NCBI GenBank assembly: GCA_010909165.1 | Contig: MU008163.1 | Location: forward strand, 1,302,001 to 1,366,000 | Length of the DNA stretch: 64,000 bases | From: Anthoceros angustus | Taxonomy: Eukaryota > Plantae > Anthocerotophyta | Direction of reading: 5' to 3' | Notes under the pieces: model-generated | Database searches by the model: none | What the model saw: only the letters and a program-made list of their open reading frames with translations | Told to the model about the DNA's origin: nothing | Shown: positions 25,471-38,218 of the stretch, one piece after another | How positions within the stretch are numbered: the stretch's first letter is position 1 | Layout of the letters: each line of letters begins with the position of its first letter | Position numbers and translations under genes: made by a program

Positions 25471-26100
25471 GCGTATGCGGTACATGCAGTGTAATTTCCA
25501 GGTAGCAGGAAAGATACCCTCTTGAGGTCCGTATACACACATGAAAGGGATTGCGTGCTGAAGCAAACAAGTGTACAGCAGTAGCACGTGGCGGCTCCCG
25601 GTTACGTGATCTCGAATGTAGATGAGCTTTCGCCATCAACCTACATCCCAAGTACCAAGGGAACAAGAGGACATGCATGCGGGCAAGCATAGCGACAACA
25701 ACAATGCAGTATCCAACCATCCCTACATGTAGTTACTCCATGTAGCCTCGTACTCCATATCTGGCATACGATTGGCATCCATCAATAAATGCACACGTCT
25801 ACGGTGTGACCGGGGCCGCACCGGTCATCCTTACCCCCCTCCACCCCCTCACACACATCACCTTACGGAGCACTTATTCCCGGACTCGGTTGTGTTATCA
25901 TTATCGTCACGGAGTTCTCACGTCCTCACACTCCGTGCCCAGGTTGTTGGTACGTTCGTGCATACATACAGCTAGCTCTCCCCTCCCAAAAAGCATGATC
26001 CATTCCCTCACAAGCTCATTTATTTATAACCTTGCATTATGGGACTTTTAGTTTAACTTTTAGAACCTCATGAATACTTATGAGGGATGGATGAATATGT

Positions 26101-26172
26101 GGATAGATAGATAGATACATAGAGAGATAGAGATAGAGATAGAGAGAGAGAGAGAGGAGGAGGAGGAGGAGG
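26101..26172. repeat. Compound (GATA)n/(GA)n/(GGA)n microsatellite
   Basis: gatagatagatagatacatagagagatag...gagagagagagaggaggaggaggagg. Confidence 0.9.
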
Positions 26173-27732
26173 ATTCACTGCACCATCTGATTTGAAAAAG
26201 GCCATGTTGATGAGAAGCAAGCCCTAGTTCCAAAGCAAGTGGTGTTTGGTATGAGCGGTGTAACGCTTTTGGGTAACGGAGAAGTGCAGGAAGCACAGGC
26301 AGGCGGCTACGGAAGTGGGGGAGATAGGGCCCCTGGAGGGAAGGAGGGGGAGGTGGGCAAGAGGGCGGACACGTCCAAAGGACGCAACGCGACAAGAGGG
26401 TGGATTAAGAATGCGGGAAGCGGGCCAATGGGCAAGGGGAAATGGGCAATGGGCAATGGGCAATGCGGGTGGCGGGGGTCAGTCAGTCCTGACTTATTTT
26501 GACCTCGCTTTCAAAGTTGCCATGGCATCCTGGACCTGCCCGACTGTGGTCGCCCACTTCCGACACCTCCACGCATGCGCGGCGGGCCGCGGTGGAGTAA
26601 TAAGAGACGGAACCTTTCTTTCCACTTCCCTTCTTTCCTTTTTCCTTTGGTTTTGCCCCAAAAAAAATATCGTAATCCTAATGTCCCGCGGGCGGCCCAC
26701 TGGGCCCAGTGGACCCCACCTCGGGCGTGCGAATAAATTTAGGCCCCCATAAACATAATGCGCGCGTTTAGCGTTCCACGACTGGGCCAAGACGGAAGCG
26801 GCCGCCGGATGCGGGCACGCCATGTCGCGACAAAGCGGCCGCAGCGCACGCCTGGCCCTGCAAATGCCCCTGCGCGCTCTCGCCTTTGCCCTTTCATCTC
26901 TGCTGTGTCACCTCATTTAATTCTGTTTCCCTTCTGCTTGGGTCGCGTAATCCTCCTGGCCCCTGTGAAATCTGTGAAACAGGGCTGGCCGCGGACTCCC
27001 AATAATTTCGATTAATTAGGGCCCGTACTTGGGGGGCTTCCCGGAGCAGCGCGAATATGGCCGGATTCAGCATTCAGCCCCGGGCCGGCCGCTGCCGCTG
27101 CCGCTGCCGCTGCCGGGCCCCGGGGCTCGACCTCAATATTGAATATTGAATGTTGAATATTGAATACTGAATGCTGAAAGGAGATGGAAGCAAGATGGTG
27201 TGTGTGTGCGCAAATGATGGGGAGCATCATTTGGGTTTCACCGCGGTGAAATTTTGGGAGACAGAATTTTCGGGAGGGTGACCGGCGCTACGCGGTCACT
27301 AATGCTTAACAACTTGGCTGCTGCCACCACTTGTGTCCTGCCCCTGCGTTGGGCTGGAGCTGTACTTGCCTCTCCTTCTGCCGCTGTCTCTTTCCACCTC
27401 TCTACCGTCCCCCTCCCCAGGCTCTGCCCACCCCGCAATGCCAATGCATCGGAGCGTGGACAAGATGATCGCCTTCTCCCTCGCCTCCGCCCCCGCTCTC
27501 GCTCCGCGCCCGCTCGTGTCTTGCGCGAGTCGCGTGTCGTGAACGGATCGCGTCTCGGGTTTGAGTCGCGTTTCGTTTCTGAGTCGCGCGAGTCGGGACG
27601 CCTGGTGCGGGAGGAAGATGCTGCAGCGGCTCTGCATACGCTGTCGCCGCAACAGGGGCTGTACAGGTTGGGAGGCGTGGAGATGGCGGCGGAGTGATGC
27701 CATTTTGTTAGAGGACGGAAGATTTTGGTGGT

Positions 27733-27862
27733 GGAGGAGGAGAAGGAGGAGGACTTAGAGGAGGAGTTGGAGGAGTTGGAGGAGGAGGAGGAGGAGGAGG
27801 AGGAGGAGGAGGAGGAGGAAGAGGAAGTAGAGGAAGAAGAGGAGGACGAGGAGGTGGAGGAC
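27733..27862. repeat. (GGA)n-rich purine tract immediately 5' of the TIR1/AFB start
   Basis: Long GGA trinucleotide run with interspersed GAA/AGA. Confidence 0.9.
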
Positions 27863-27888
27863 AAGGTTCGGGAAAGCTGGATCCCGAG

Positions 27889-29893
27889 ATGCCCCCGCTC
27901 TTCTTCCCCGACGAGGTGCTGGAGCATGTGCTGGTGTTCCTCACGTCGCACAAGGACCGCAACAGCGTGTCGCTGGTGTGCCAAGCCTGGTACAGGGCGG
28001 AGCGATGGAGCCGGCGGCATGTCTTCATCGGGAACTGCTACGCCGTGTCCCCGGAGATGGTGACCGCCAGGTTCCCCAAGCTCAAGGCCGTGACGCTCAA
28101 GGGGAAGCCAAGATTTTCGGATTTCGGGCTGGTGCCGGCCGACTGGGGAGCCAGTGTTTACCCCTGGGTGCTGCGGCTGGCCAAGGAGTGCGCGCAGCTG
28201 GAAGAGCTGCGCTTCAAGCGCATGCTCGTCACGGATGACAGCTTGGAGCTCATTGCCTCCTCCTTCCCGGGCTTCAAGGTGCTGGTGCTCACCACCTGCG
28301 AGGGGTTTAGCGTCAGGGGGCTGGCCACCATTGCGCGGCACTGTCGGTATGTCGGTTCCAAGCTCATTGCCTGCTGGTTAGGTCATCTGTTCGGGCCTCG
28401 CATCCAGATCCCCGCGCTTCGCTGCGCCGCGCTGCGCTGTGCTGTGCTGTACTTCGCTGAGCTATGGTGTGGTGTGGCTGTGGCTGTGGCTGTGGCGCAG
28501 GCATCTGACGCAGCTGGACCTCCAGGAGAATATCATGACTAGCAGCGAGGAGCCGGAGCCGTGCTGGCTGGAGGCATTTCCCGACTCCTCTGTGTCTCTC
28601 GAGACTCTCAATTTTGCCATCAACTCCGACTCGGACGTGAACCACGACGCCCTCAGGAGCCTCGTGGCCAGATGCCCCAATCTCAGGAGCCTCAACGTGA
28701 GCAAGGGGGTGTCCATGGAGCACCTCCCCGGTATCTTGCACAGGGCCCCGCAGCTGGTGGAGCTCGGCACGGGCTCTCATGCCGTTACCTCCACCTCCTC
28801 CATCACGGGCTTGGGTGCGGCGATCAAGAACTGCACCACTTTGCGGAGGCTGTCCATCCGCTGGGACCTGACGCCGTTCCACCTTGGTGCTATGCTGTCC
28901 GTCTTTTCTAACCTTATCTCGCTTGACATCAGCTACGTGGCCGTCCATCCCCCGGAGTTTCAGAATCTCATGTCGCGCTGCCGCAACCTGGAGAAGCTCT
29001 CGGTGAGTTCGTGCTTTCTCCTCTTGCGTGCACGGCTGGGGAAATGGACCTCGCTCTGGATTGATCTGAAGCTCTCGCGGTGTTTTTCATGTGTTATCCA
29101 GATGCTGGACTTCGTCGGGGATGAGGGGCTCCAGGCAGTGGGTCGTTACTGCCCCAATTTGCAAGAGCTGCGTGTCTATCCTATGCAAGAGAATGGTGGC
29201 ACGCCGGGGTTCGTCACGGAAGAGGGACTCATTGCCATTGCCGATGGCTGCCCCAAGCTGTCCTCTATACTCTACTTTTGCAAGCAGATGACCAATGATG
29301 CCGTCCACATAATGGCCAGGAAATGCTCTCTGATCACACGCTTCCGCCTGTGTATCATCACACCTCGGCTACCCGATTGTGCTACTGGGGAGCCTATGGA
29401 TGAGGGCTTCGGAGCGATTGTCATGCACTGCAAGCACCTCAGACGGTTGGCTGTCTCTGGCCTGCTCACTGACAGAGCTTTTGAGTATATCGGGAGGTAT
29501 GGAAAGGGTTTACAGACTCTATCAGTAGCTTTCGCTGCCGAGAGTGACATGGCAATGAAGTATGTACTGGAAGGCTGCCCAAAGCTTCGCAAGCTGGAGA
29601 TACGGGACGCTCCTCTTGGGGATGGGGCTCTGCTTACTGGCATCGAGCGGTTTGAGTCGATGCGGTTCCTGTGGATGTCCAACTGCAATGTGACATATCA
29701 TGGGTGCAGATACCTGGCAACCAGGCTACCCCTCCTCAACGTGGAGATCATGAAAGACGACGACTGGCCCAGCGAGGAGAAGCCTGTTGTGTCCAAGCTC
29801 TACCTCTACAGGTCCCTTGCCGGGCCCCGGGAAGATGCTCCCAACTTCGTGGTCACTTTTCGATCCTCGGGCTTCCACATCTCGGAGCAATGA
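27889..29893 (+). CDS. TIR1: TIR1/AFB auxin co-receptor (F-box plus LRR), 3 exons (about 27889-28346, 28501-29003, 29102-29893)
   Basis: [26 protein letters not shown]...FIGNCYA...[10 protein letters not shown]; LEELRFKRM; ELRVYP; [10 protein letters not shown]; FRLCII; DEGFGAIV; [10 protein letters not shown]; KLEIRD; MRFLWMS; YRSLAGPR. The R403/S438-equivalent motifs indicate TIR1 rather than COI1. Confidence 0.95.
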
Positions 29894-30388
29894 GCGTCCC
29901 ATCCAGGTTGCTGCCTTCCCTGTACATACACCTCTCATGTAAAGTCCTTGAACGGTGCCATTTCAGGGGTTCTACCTACATCTTCTGTAAGCTGCCGCAG
30001 TCTCTTTACAGACTGCATATGAAGTTACAAAGCTGCTCCCTACTTGTGCTCTGTTCCCACATCCGCCTCCTAGCCTCATGATGGCCAAATGGACCATAAA
30101 TGAATTTCTTCCTCTTCTAAGCTGCAACACGGGCTGAATCCGCACTGGATTAAATCCCCTTTACTTTTCGTAGCGTCGTCAATTTCCGACATGGGTGACG
30201 GTTTCCCCCCTCAGACAACATGTGAGGCCATGAAAGCTGTCATCCCCGTACCACGAACGTCACACTTGCGAATCAGCTGTGCATCTCCCTCCAACTTCGC
30301 TCCATCATCCAGAGACTTCTCAAAAAAAAAAAAAACAGTTCCGCGGACAAAAGGACGATGAAATCAGACAAGGCGTGCTACAGGAATA

Positions 30389-31454
30389 TCAAGTGGACGT
30401 CCTGGCAAACGTGAGATACCCCGTGTGCCCCTTGGTTTCAGAGCATGGTCTGGCCATAATAGATCGCATCGGATTTGTGTTTGTGCCCCGTGTGTCATTT
30501 CCAGCTGAACCAGGATTGTCCTCAGCACCAGCCAAGCAAATCCTCTTGGGAGGCGGCGACGTGGACGAGCTCCTGTGGACGGCTCTGTCTGCCGGATGAA
30601 GTGCATCCAGAGCCACCCTTTGGACCTCGTATGTTCGAAGCAGAATTTCGAATGTCCTGATGTCTGCAATGGCATCGGAGGAGAAGCCACCCATCACCCA
30701 CCAAGTCGGTCAAAGAAAAACGGACATGCCCTTGAACTAAATCGAACATACCTGTCAGCTTGTGGTCCCTGAGAGCCGAGGCTGTGCGCTGGACTTGCTC
30801 TATGCACGGAGAGAACGAGCAGATGATCCCACCCCATCTCAGGCATGTGGACACCGATCGTACTGCTAGCCATGGCTGCGGCAGGTCCAAAAACACAGCG
30901 TCGCACCGGTTGCTGAACTCCTCAGGAAAGCCCTCCCCCTGGACGTCACGCTTGTAGGCTGTCACCAATTTGCCCAGCCCGTTGCGGCTGAAGTCCTCCC
31001 TAGCAGCATCAGATCGTTGTTGATGGAAGTCGAAGGTGTGCACATGGCCTGTGGGAGCCACAGCCCGGGCCAAGGATGTTGTCAAGGACCCGCTCCCTGT
31101 CCCGGATTCCAGCACTATGCTTCCAGGTCGAAGCTCCAGGTGGGCTATCACGAAGCTGATGTCTGCTACATACAGGATCTGCGTCCTGTGCGGCAGAGAC
31201 AGAGTCCAGAGCTCCGGATTAGGCGCCAGCAAGTGCACAAACGACTGCCCGTTGGAACCCACCACCTTGCATCCGAACGCCTTGCCGACCCAATCCTTGT
31301 GATCGAACACACCAAATCGGTTCTGCAGCTTTGCGTCCTTCTTCACCGTCACCACCTTCATCCGGTCGTGCCTCTCGTAAACCACCACCATGTCCCCATC
31401 TTGGATGAGCCTTTCCCCCGGGATGGCCCCCTCCGCTTCCTCCTGTGCTAGCAT
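30389..31454 (-). CDS. TRM61: tRNA (adenine58-N1)-methyltransferase catalytic subunit, 2 exons
   Basis: PNPELWTLSLPHRTQILY, VLESGTGSGSLT, DAVFLDLPQPW, CSFSPCIEQVQRT; second exon TFEILLRTY...GHTGYLTFAR. Confidence 0.93.
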
Positions 31455-31529
31455 GGCTCACGACACCCACAACTTGGATCACAGCATGCCCTATTTCCCC
31501 CGAGGCAATTGCGTCTGCCGCTCCGGCAG

Positions 31530-33851
31530 ATGGCTATGGCTGCCGGTCCGCCGCCTTTGTACACCTTTGGGACCCCGTGGCCGGTTCTTAACGAGGGAGT
31601 GTTGTACACGGACGTCGTGAAGTCCTCCAGCTCAGGTGCAAGTGCTGAATCCGATTTTGCAACAGGCTGGCTGCTCGGAGCTTCGGCTGTGCTCTTGACA
31701 TGCCGTGTTTGCTTGTAGATGAAACCCTGCTTCACTACTACGCCTCCAGATTTAAGGATTCCGCTTCTGAACAAGGGTATGCTCTTCTGGTTGCTTCAAG
31801 AGCCGACAGCAAGTACCTGCTCAGACTTGGACTGACGATTTCCACAATTCTGACAAACCAGCGGACAGTTGGCTGCAGAGGATCAGGAATGGGCAAGTAA
31901 GGAGCCAAGCTGCACATATACGGTTGAAGTGGGAAGCTGCAAATCTGCCCTGAATTGATCATCTGTCTCCTTCTTGTTGTCAGATCAAGGTGAATGGGCA
32001 GGTGACCACGTCCCCGGATGCCAAGCTCAGGTGTTGTAGCCATTTCCCCCCCACGATTCCCTCGTTGTCTCAAATCCCCGCTGTTTACAGCCCCTGATGA
32101 CGCTGATCCCTGTTTCAGTTTCGGGTCTACAATTGTGTACCATAGGCTTCCCTGGAGTGAGCCGTCTGCTCCCTATGAAATACCTGTTCTTTTCGAGGAT
32201 CTGCACCTGGTGAGTAAGGATGCTGCATTGGGGTTGATGCTCTGGAGACCTTTGTATGTTCTAATGTGGTGTTCATGTCTTTCAGATTGCCATCAACAAG
32301 CCATCCGGTTTGCAAGTTCTTCCAGGAGGCCTGTTTCAGCAGAGAACTGTTCTGCAGCAACTACAGTGGTTGTCTTCTGCTTTGTCGCAGAAGTTGGAAG
32401 ATCCCTCAAATGTGGATGTATCTCAACCTACTCCTGTACATCGACTTGGAAGGGGCACTTCAGGTCTCACAGGGTTCTTCCATCTGTTGCTTGGTTCCTC
32501 TTCAGCAAGACGCCCACGTTATTGACCTCATATTGTGGCTTTTGTTCGTGGGAACCTGTTGCTTTATCAGGTGTTTTGCTTTGTGCAAAAACACCAGAGT
32601 CAAAGTCAAGACTTGCTGCAGATTTTGCTGGATCGACGTCATTGTGCTCTGAACGCATGTAAGCCTTTGGTTCAACATACCCCTGATCCCTATCACTGCC
32701 AGTATGCATGCCTCACACATGGGCGACGTGTTGGCTGTCTGCAGACCGAATGTCAACACAGAAACCATACGGCGGATGACCAAAACGTACAGAGCTCTTG
32801 TGAAGGGCGTCCTACAAAATGAAAAGGTTGTTTCTTTGTGCGATCCTCGTCAATGACACTGATGACTGGTTAAGAAAGAATCTTACATCTGCCTATGCAT
32901 TCAGATGGTCATTGACCAGCCAATTGGCAGGCTGAAGTACCCAGGAGTTTCTGGTGGCCTGTACATGGCATCTTCAACTGGTATTTTCATCCCTCAAGTT
33001 TACCTGTTGCCCCTTGTCTAGCTTGTAGGTGGACAGCTTCTCCATGTCGTTGTGGATGGAGCTAGTGCTGTGCAACAAAAATTGATTTTGCCTTTTTGTA
33101 CGTAGGTAAGGCGGCTCAAAGTACTGTTTCAGTTGTCTGGCGGGACGAAACTGAGCAAACCACTCTGGTGGAGGTATGGCTTCCTAGAACGTACGGCTGT
33201 GGTCACCCAAATAGGGGTGAGTTCTGACTGTGTGAATCTAAAAGACGTCTGATTTGTAGCTGCTGTTTGCTCCAGGTAGAAATATTCTCTGGACGGCCCC
33301 ATCAAATCAGGATCCATATGGCCACGATTGGCCATCCACTGCTTGGTGAGGGTTCGTCTGAGAGTCACCCCCGGGGTGTCATTTTCTTGCTTGGATACTC
33401 ACCTCAAGTCATGCAGGTGACCCCTTGTACGTGGAGGGAGGAAAACCATCTGTAGAATCAAGACTGGATCTGGAAGAAAATGCTACTCCAGCAAAGGATG
33501 GGTACTGGATTGTTACCTGTCATGGCAGTCATTTAGTCCTGTACTCGTTTCTCCAGCAGCTTATGTGTGTTTGTATGGCAGGGGATATGCAAAGCCAACT
33601 TCACCTGTCCCAGGTGACTGTGGGTACTACCTACATGCATTTCAAATGTCCTTTTGTCATCCGGTTGGTGGACATGTAAGTTGCTTCTCTTCTTGTTTGC
33701 CCACTGCGGACTGGTAGGAAGGGTGAATGCATCTCAAAACGCACTTTTTCTGTCTGGGATCTCGACTTACCTCCAGTTTCCTGCCACGCAGATAGTTACT
33801 ATATCCGCACCTCCACCTGCAAGGCTACGAACCCCTTCCGAAAATTCATAA
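31530..33851 (+). CDS. RluA-family RNA pseudouridine synthase (plant PUS5-like), multi-exon; start may be 31486
   Basis: YHRLPWSEP, IAINKPSGLQVLPGGLFQQRTVL, PVHRLGRGTSG, VEIFSGRPHQIRIHMATIGHPLLG|DPLY, PGDCGYYLH. Confidence 0.88.
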
Positions 33852-34159
33852 TCCTTAGTATGTTACAGCACAAGTGCTTTGGCCATAGCGTGTTCCGAGA
33901 TCCTGAATTGATTTGCGGTAGAACAAAATTCATTACCATCTAACCCCGTCACTCCTTACCCTAAGTTGAAATGCTACCGACTCTTCCAGGCAGTAATTGC
34001 TGCGGCAATCAAATTATCGGTAATTCAACCCTTATACTGCATAGTTGATGAGGGAGTTTAGTAGTTGCAGTCATTTTGCTGTGCGTGGTGAGCCGCACCG
34101 TGGAGGGCATCGGGCGCGGAGGGATTGCGGTGTAATCAGGGAAGCGCGCTAGTAGATGG

Positions 34160-34728
34160 ATGGAGTCGGAGCTTGAGAGTGAGAAGGGTAAGGCGGCGGA
34201 AGTGCAGGCGGAAGTGGAGCGAATCAAGCAGCTGCCTTCCACCAGCGCTTACGCCGCGCATCGTCTCCGTGTGTTGAACAAAATGCTGGACTTACTGGCT
34301 ATTCATCCCAAGAGCGCTGATATTGTTAATTCTGCTCCTCCTAGTCCAAGCAGTGCCAGTGATGCGGTGACTCCACAGTCCGTTGCCCTTTCCAGCTTCT
34401 GTTTCGTAGATGCGTTAGGCATGCTGTCTGCCAGCCTGGTGCTCAGCATAGCATCTTGCGCAACAGAACAGGTTTGTTGCGGTATGCCTGAATGATGTCC
34501 CGTACATCCGCCGCCTCAGCCATGCTTACATCCTGCCTTGCTTGGAGTTGTTTTCCAGCCTCCGCAGTTTCTTAAGTGATATTCCCGTGTCAGATCCGTC
34601 GTGTCGTGCCTTCCATGTTGAGCTGTTGGCTAGATGAACAGCACTGATACAAGAATGTTCTACTTTTGCAGCTGAGAGCGTGCCGGGGTGACGAGCTGGA
34701 GCTGCTCTTCTCCGAGTTGTCATTTTAG
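34160..34728 (+). CDS. Small conserved plant protein of unknown function, spliced
   Basis: IKQLPSTSAYAAHRLRVLNKMLDLL plus a terminal exon after a CAG at about 34671 ending DELELLFSELSF*, a pattern recalled from a small plant family. Confidence 0.6.
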
Positions 34729-35232
34729 AACATCGGAGCTCGTGGTTGAGATTTTGCAAATAGAATTTGCTCGGGGGTTGGATCCCGACTCTCCCTGTGA
34801 AGCGACAATTAGCCTACGCACCTGCTTCTCGCGGGTGCCACAGCTGATTGTGGATTTTGGCGCCTGCTTAGAACCGCGTCTGGGCATGGCAGAGATGCGC
34901 TGTTTTAAAATAATGTTGAGTGCTTTGGCTCGGAAGAGAATTGTGCCCATGAGAACTGCGTGTGCGCAGGGAGACAACACGCAGACTCCAGTTGAAGACT
35001 CCACGTATCAGACACATCATCACTCGTCGAGTGCCAGTAAGTTAGCCAGGATTTTTTCCCTGCACAATGACGACATCCTGGGACACGAACCACCTCAAAC
35101 TATATACAGTCGGCCCTCACACCTTTCTTCGGACTTGCATTTTTCTCTCCACGTTTCTCGCGAAGCTACCCAGACAATTCTACCCAAAACACACGTCTCC
35201 ATATGCTTCTCAAGTCTTTCATCGGTTAACGG

Positions 35233-36844
35233 CTAAGCAGCAAGAGGTAGCGGTATGTAAGGTACCGCTAATGGCTTGCCACCTTCACTCAACCACGAGT
35301 GTTGGGGATCAATAAAATGGACAGAGAGGAACTGCTTGGCTTCGTCATCCTTCAATTGTGAAGCCCATGAAACACGCTTGGAAGTATTACTGCCAGGGCC
35401 AGAGCATCTGAACACAAGGCAACAGAATCTCGTGGTCAGAGACAAGAATCACAACCATGTGATGCTATCAAAGCTCAGATGGGGCAAAGACAACATACCT
35501 GTATTCATAATAGCAAGCTGTTTTCTCATTCTCGTGATTGTTCCAGTTATTCCAGCCCGTGGGTAGGATACAGCTATCCATCCAGGTGTAGGCAAAAATT
35601 ACACGGGCATAAGGAGCCCACGGACGGCCTAGGTGCATATATGGAGAGCTTGCACCAGTTCCAGTAATCACAGATCTGCAAAAGGACACATAGTCAGAAA
35701 CTTGACTGTAAGAACAGGTTCACCCGGCAACTCATCAACACGTCCGCATAAAATGAGCATGATCGAGGACCTATAGAGGGACGATTGACAAACCTAAGAA
35801 ATACATAACCAGAGGCCTCAAAAGGACTCCTTCGCTGTTGTGCTGTGATATATCCATTAGCCTTGCAGTGGATGTGGCAATGCTCCAGTAGAACAGATGC
35901 ATTCCCAAAAATGAAGTCCACGCTGCCCTCGATATAACAATCTCTGAAATACTGCCTACCATAGTGCAGGTACGCGGTATCCTGGCAATTGATCATCATA
36001 CGACACAGACAGAATCTGAAGATTATGGACAGGGCTATTAGCACAAGCACATATGCATGGCCAGAAAACCAACAAGATGGGAGAGCTAACAGTCACATTA
36101 CCTGCCATCCCAACAACCGACATGAGTAGAACGCACATCGATCAGCTGTTACACGGATCGCCACGGCCTGTCCAGATCCCTGCTGGAAGCAATGGGTTTC
36201 GAGGAAAAAAGAAACAACCAGTCAGTACAAGGAAGATAGATCTGCATATCATGAAGACAGGGCCAACGCCAAAGTCTGAGATGCCCGAACAACCAATGCA
36301 CTGGCGGATCGAATAAGGAAGAAAGCAGGCGTGCCTGGTGGCTGTAGAGTCTAGGAGCCGTGCCTTGGGTGCAGCATTTTCAAAAGTGATGCCCTGCGCT
36401 ATGAAATCCTCTCCTTCCACGATCGCCGTGCCGCATCCAAACGTACCCGTGCCGATCACACGGGATGCCTGCAGAAGACAGAGAGCATGAAACCCACCAA
36501 TCTTGCATCCATACAGACCCTGATACACTGCCCTAGAAAAGCGGATTCACGTCCCGGCAGTACGATCTGCACTGCAGCTCCCTGAACCGCCCAACTTCCG
36601 GACGCACCTGGTGATGCTCGATGCTGGTGGCAGTGTTGGACCAGGTGAGCACAGTATCTTCCGCAGCATCTGCGAAGAGCGTGATGTGATTTTTGGACTT
36701 GGGCACGTAAATCGGCTGCCGGTACACCCCCGGTGCGATGTGGATGACGATGCGCTGCGTGTTGCAGAGCGGCACAGCATCGATGGCCTCCTGTACGGTC
36801 CGGTATTGGCCGCTGCCATCAGCCGCCACTCTCACCAGCGCCAT
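35233..36844 (-). CDS. PME31: Pectinesterase 31-like (no signal peptide or pro-domain), multi-exon
   Basis: VAADGSGQYRTVQEAIDAVP, IGTGTFGCG, ITFEN, GQAVA, QDTAYLHYGRQYFRDCYIEGSVDFIFG, LGRPW, GWNNW. Confidence 0.93.
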
Positions 36845-37178
36845 GCTGCCCGGCAACCCAGCTGCCAGCGCAAGAACGCGCCTTCCCCACCTCCAGTCCA
36901 CTCAGTGACGGATTTGTTGCTGGCATGGGACACAGCTCATCACACATTAGCAACGGTAAACGTTGTCTCGCTAACCACGGCTCCCACTTTGGTTAACCAC
37001 TGGCTAGCCTTCGGCTAGCTATGTACGTATGTACCTGGAAGGCTTGCTCACCAGCTGCCTCACTTTACTTTCACTTCCTGCCCTGTCGAGTCAAATTCAT
37101 GAGACGACAGGGATGGAGTTCTACCACAGCAAAATACAAGAAAAACGTCTCTGCAAAGTGCCAACCTCTGAACCACAT

Positions 37179-38218
37179 CTAGGAGCGCCTGGGGTTCCTG
37201 CCTACATTGCACCTGAGTTGCATATCAGCTGCTAATCGGTGCACGGAGTCAGCCATGCCCAGAATCGGTGGGAGACAGAATGGAGGAAGCACAGGGAGCG
37301 AGGTAGTGAAGTCTGTTGAACGCGTGGCGTCCTGCAAAGTTGCAGCCACTGCAGGAGGGGGCCGGGCCTGTATGACAGCCTCGTAGAGGTAAGAGAAAGC
37401 CCCAAAGCTGACACAGCTTTGCAGAAGTGCTTGAGGTGAGCCTGCATGCGAAGTGGAGGGATTAGGAGACGGGAAACAGATTTGGCTTCATGTGCGTGAG
37501 AGTCTTGCAAACTAGTCTACCCGGGTGACATACCTGGCGTGCACAGAACGAGGCCAGTTGCACAGCCAGCAATCCCCGCGTTGATAGCTGTCAGAAGACA
37601 ACAATGTGAAGGAAGTGACTGACTCCAGTCGCAACAAAACAAACTATTTCACAAATGAAATGCATCAATATAGTTACTGTGTTGTATACCATCTTCCTTG
37701 CCCCGAAAACGCTTCAAGTAGCAGGTAACTAGACTGTGCACTCCAGATAGCAAAGCGAAAGTCTGCAGAGAGATCCCCACTCAAAGTTATAAACCAATGC
37801 ACTGTTCACTTGAACCTAGAAGCTCAAAGTTTTGTCCAAAACTCGTTGCTCTATCTCTCGTGTAGGGAGAAAGAAAAAGCCAAAACATGGTGAAAACATG
37901 TACCCTAGCAGAATTCCCTGCCTCCAGAAACGCTCCCTTGAACCCCGCCTTCTTGAAGATGCCTGTGCCTGCCCATTCATAATCTCTCAGTAAATGCCCA
38001 CAACCGCTAACACAATGAAAGGGCGAGCGACAGGAAGGAGAAACTGAGCCAACCCACATACCTAGGCCGAAGACAGATCCCATGATGGAGCCAGCCAGTG
38101 CGTCGCCAATGCCTTTGAAGAGGCACATCTGAGGTCCGTCATACGACACAACGGGGCCTGCATCCTCACCCTGCGTCCAACCCTCGCCCTCAGAGGGTTG
38201 CGGCCCTCTATCTGCCAT
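37179..38218 (-). CDS. Tim17/Tim22/Tim23 family preprotein/amino-acid transporter (HP20/TIM22-2-like), multi-exon
   Basis: [83 protein letters not shown]. Confidence 0.85.

Noticed and set aside
27238-28341. 367-aa minus-strand ORF and the poly-Glu ORF at 27725-28063
   Set aside because: Antisense or off-frame reads of TIR1 exon 1 plus the GGA microsatellite.
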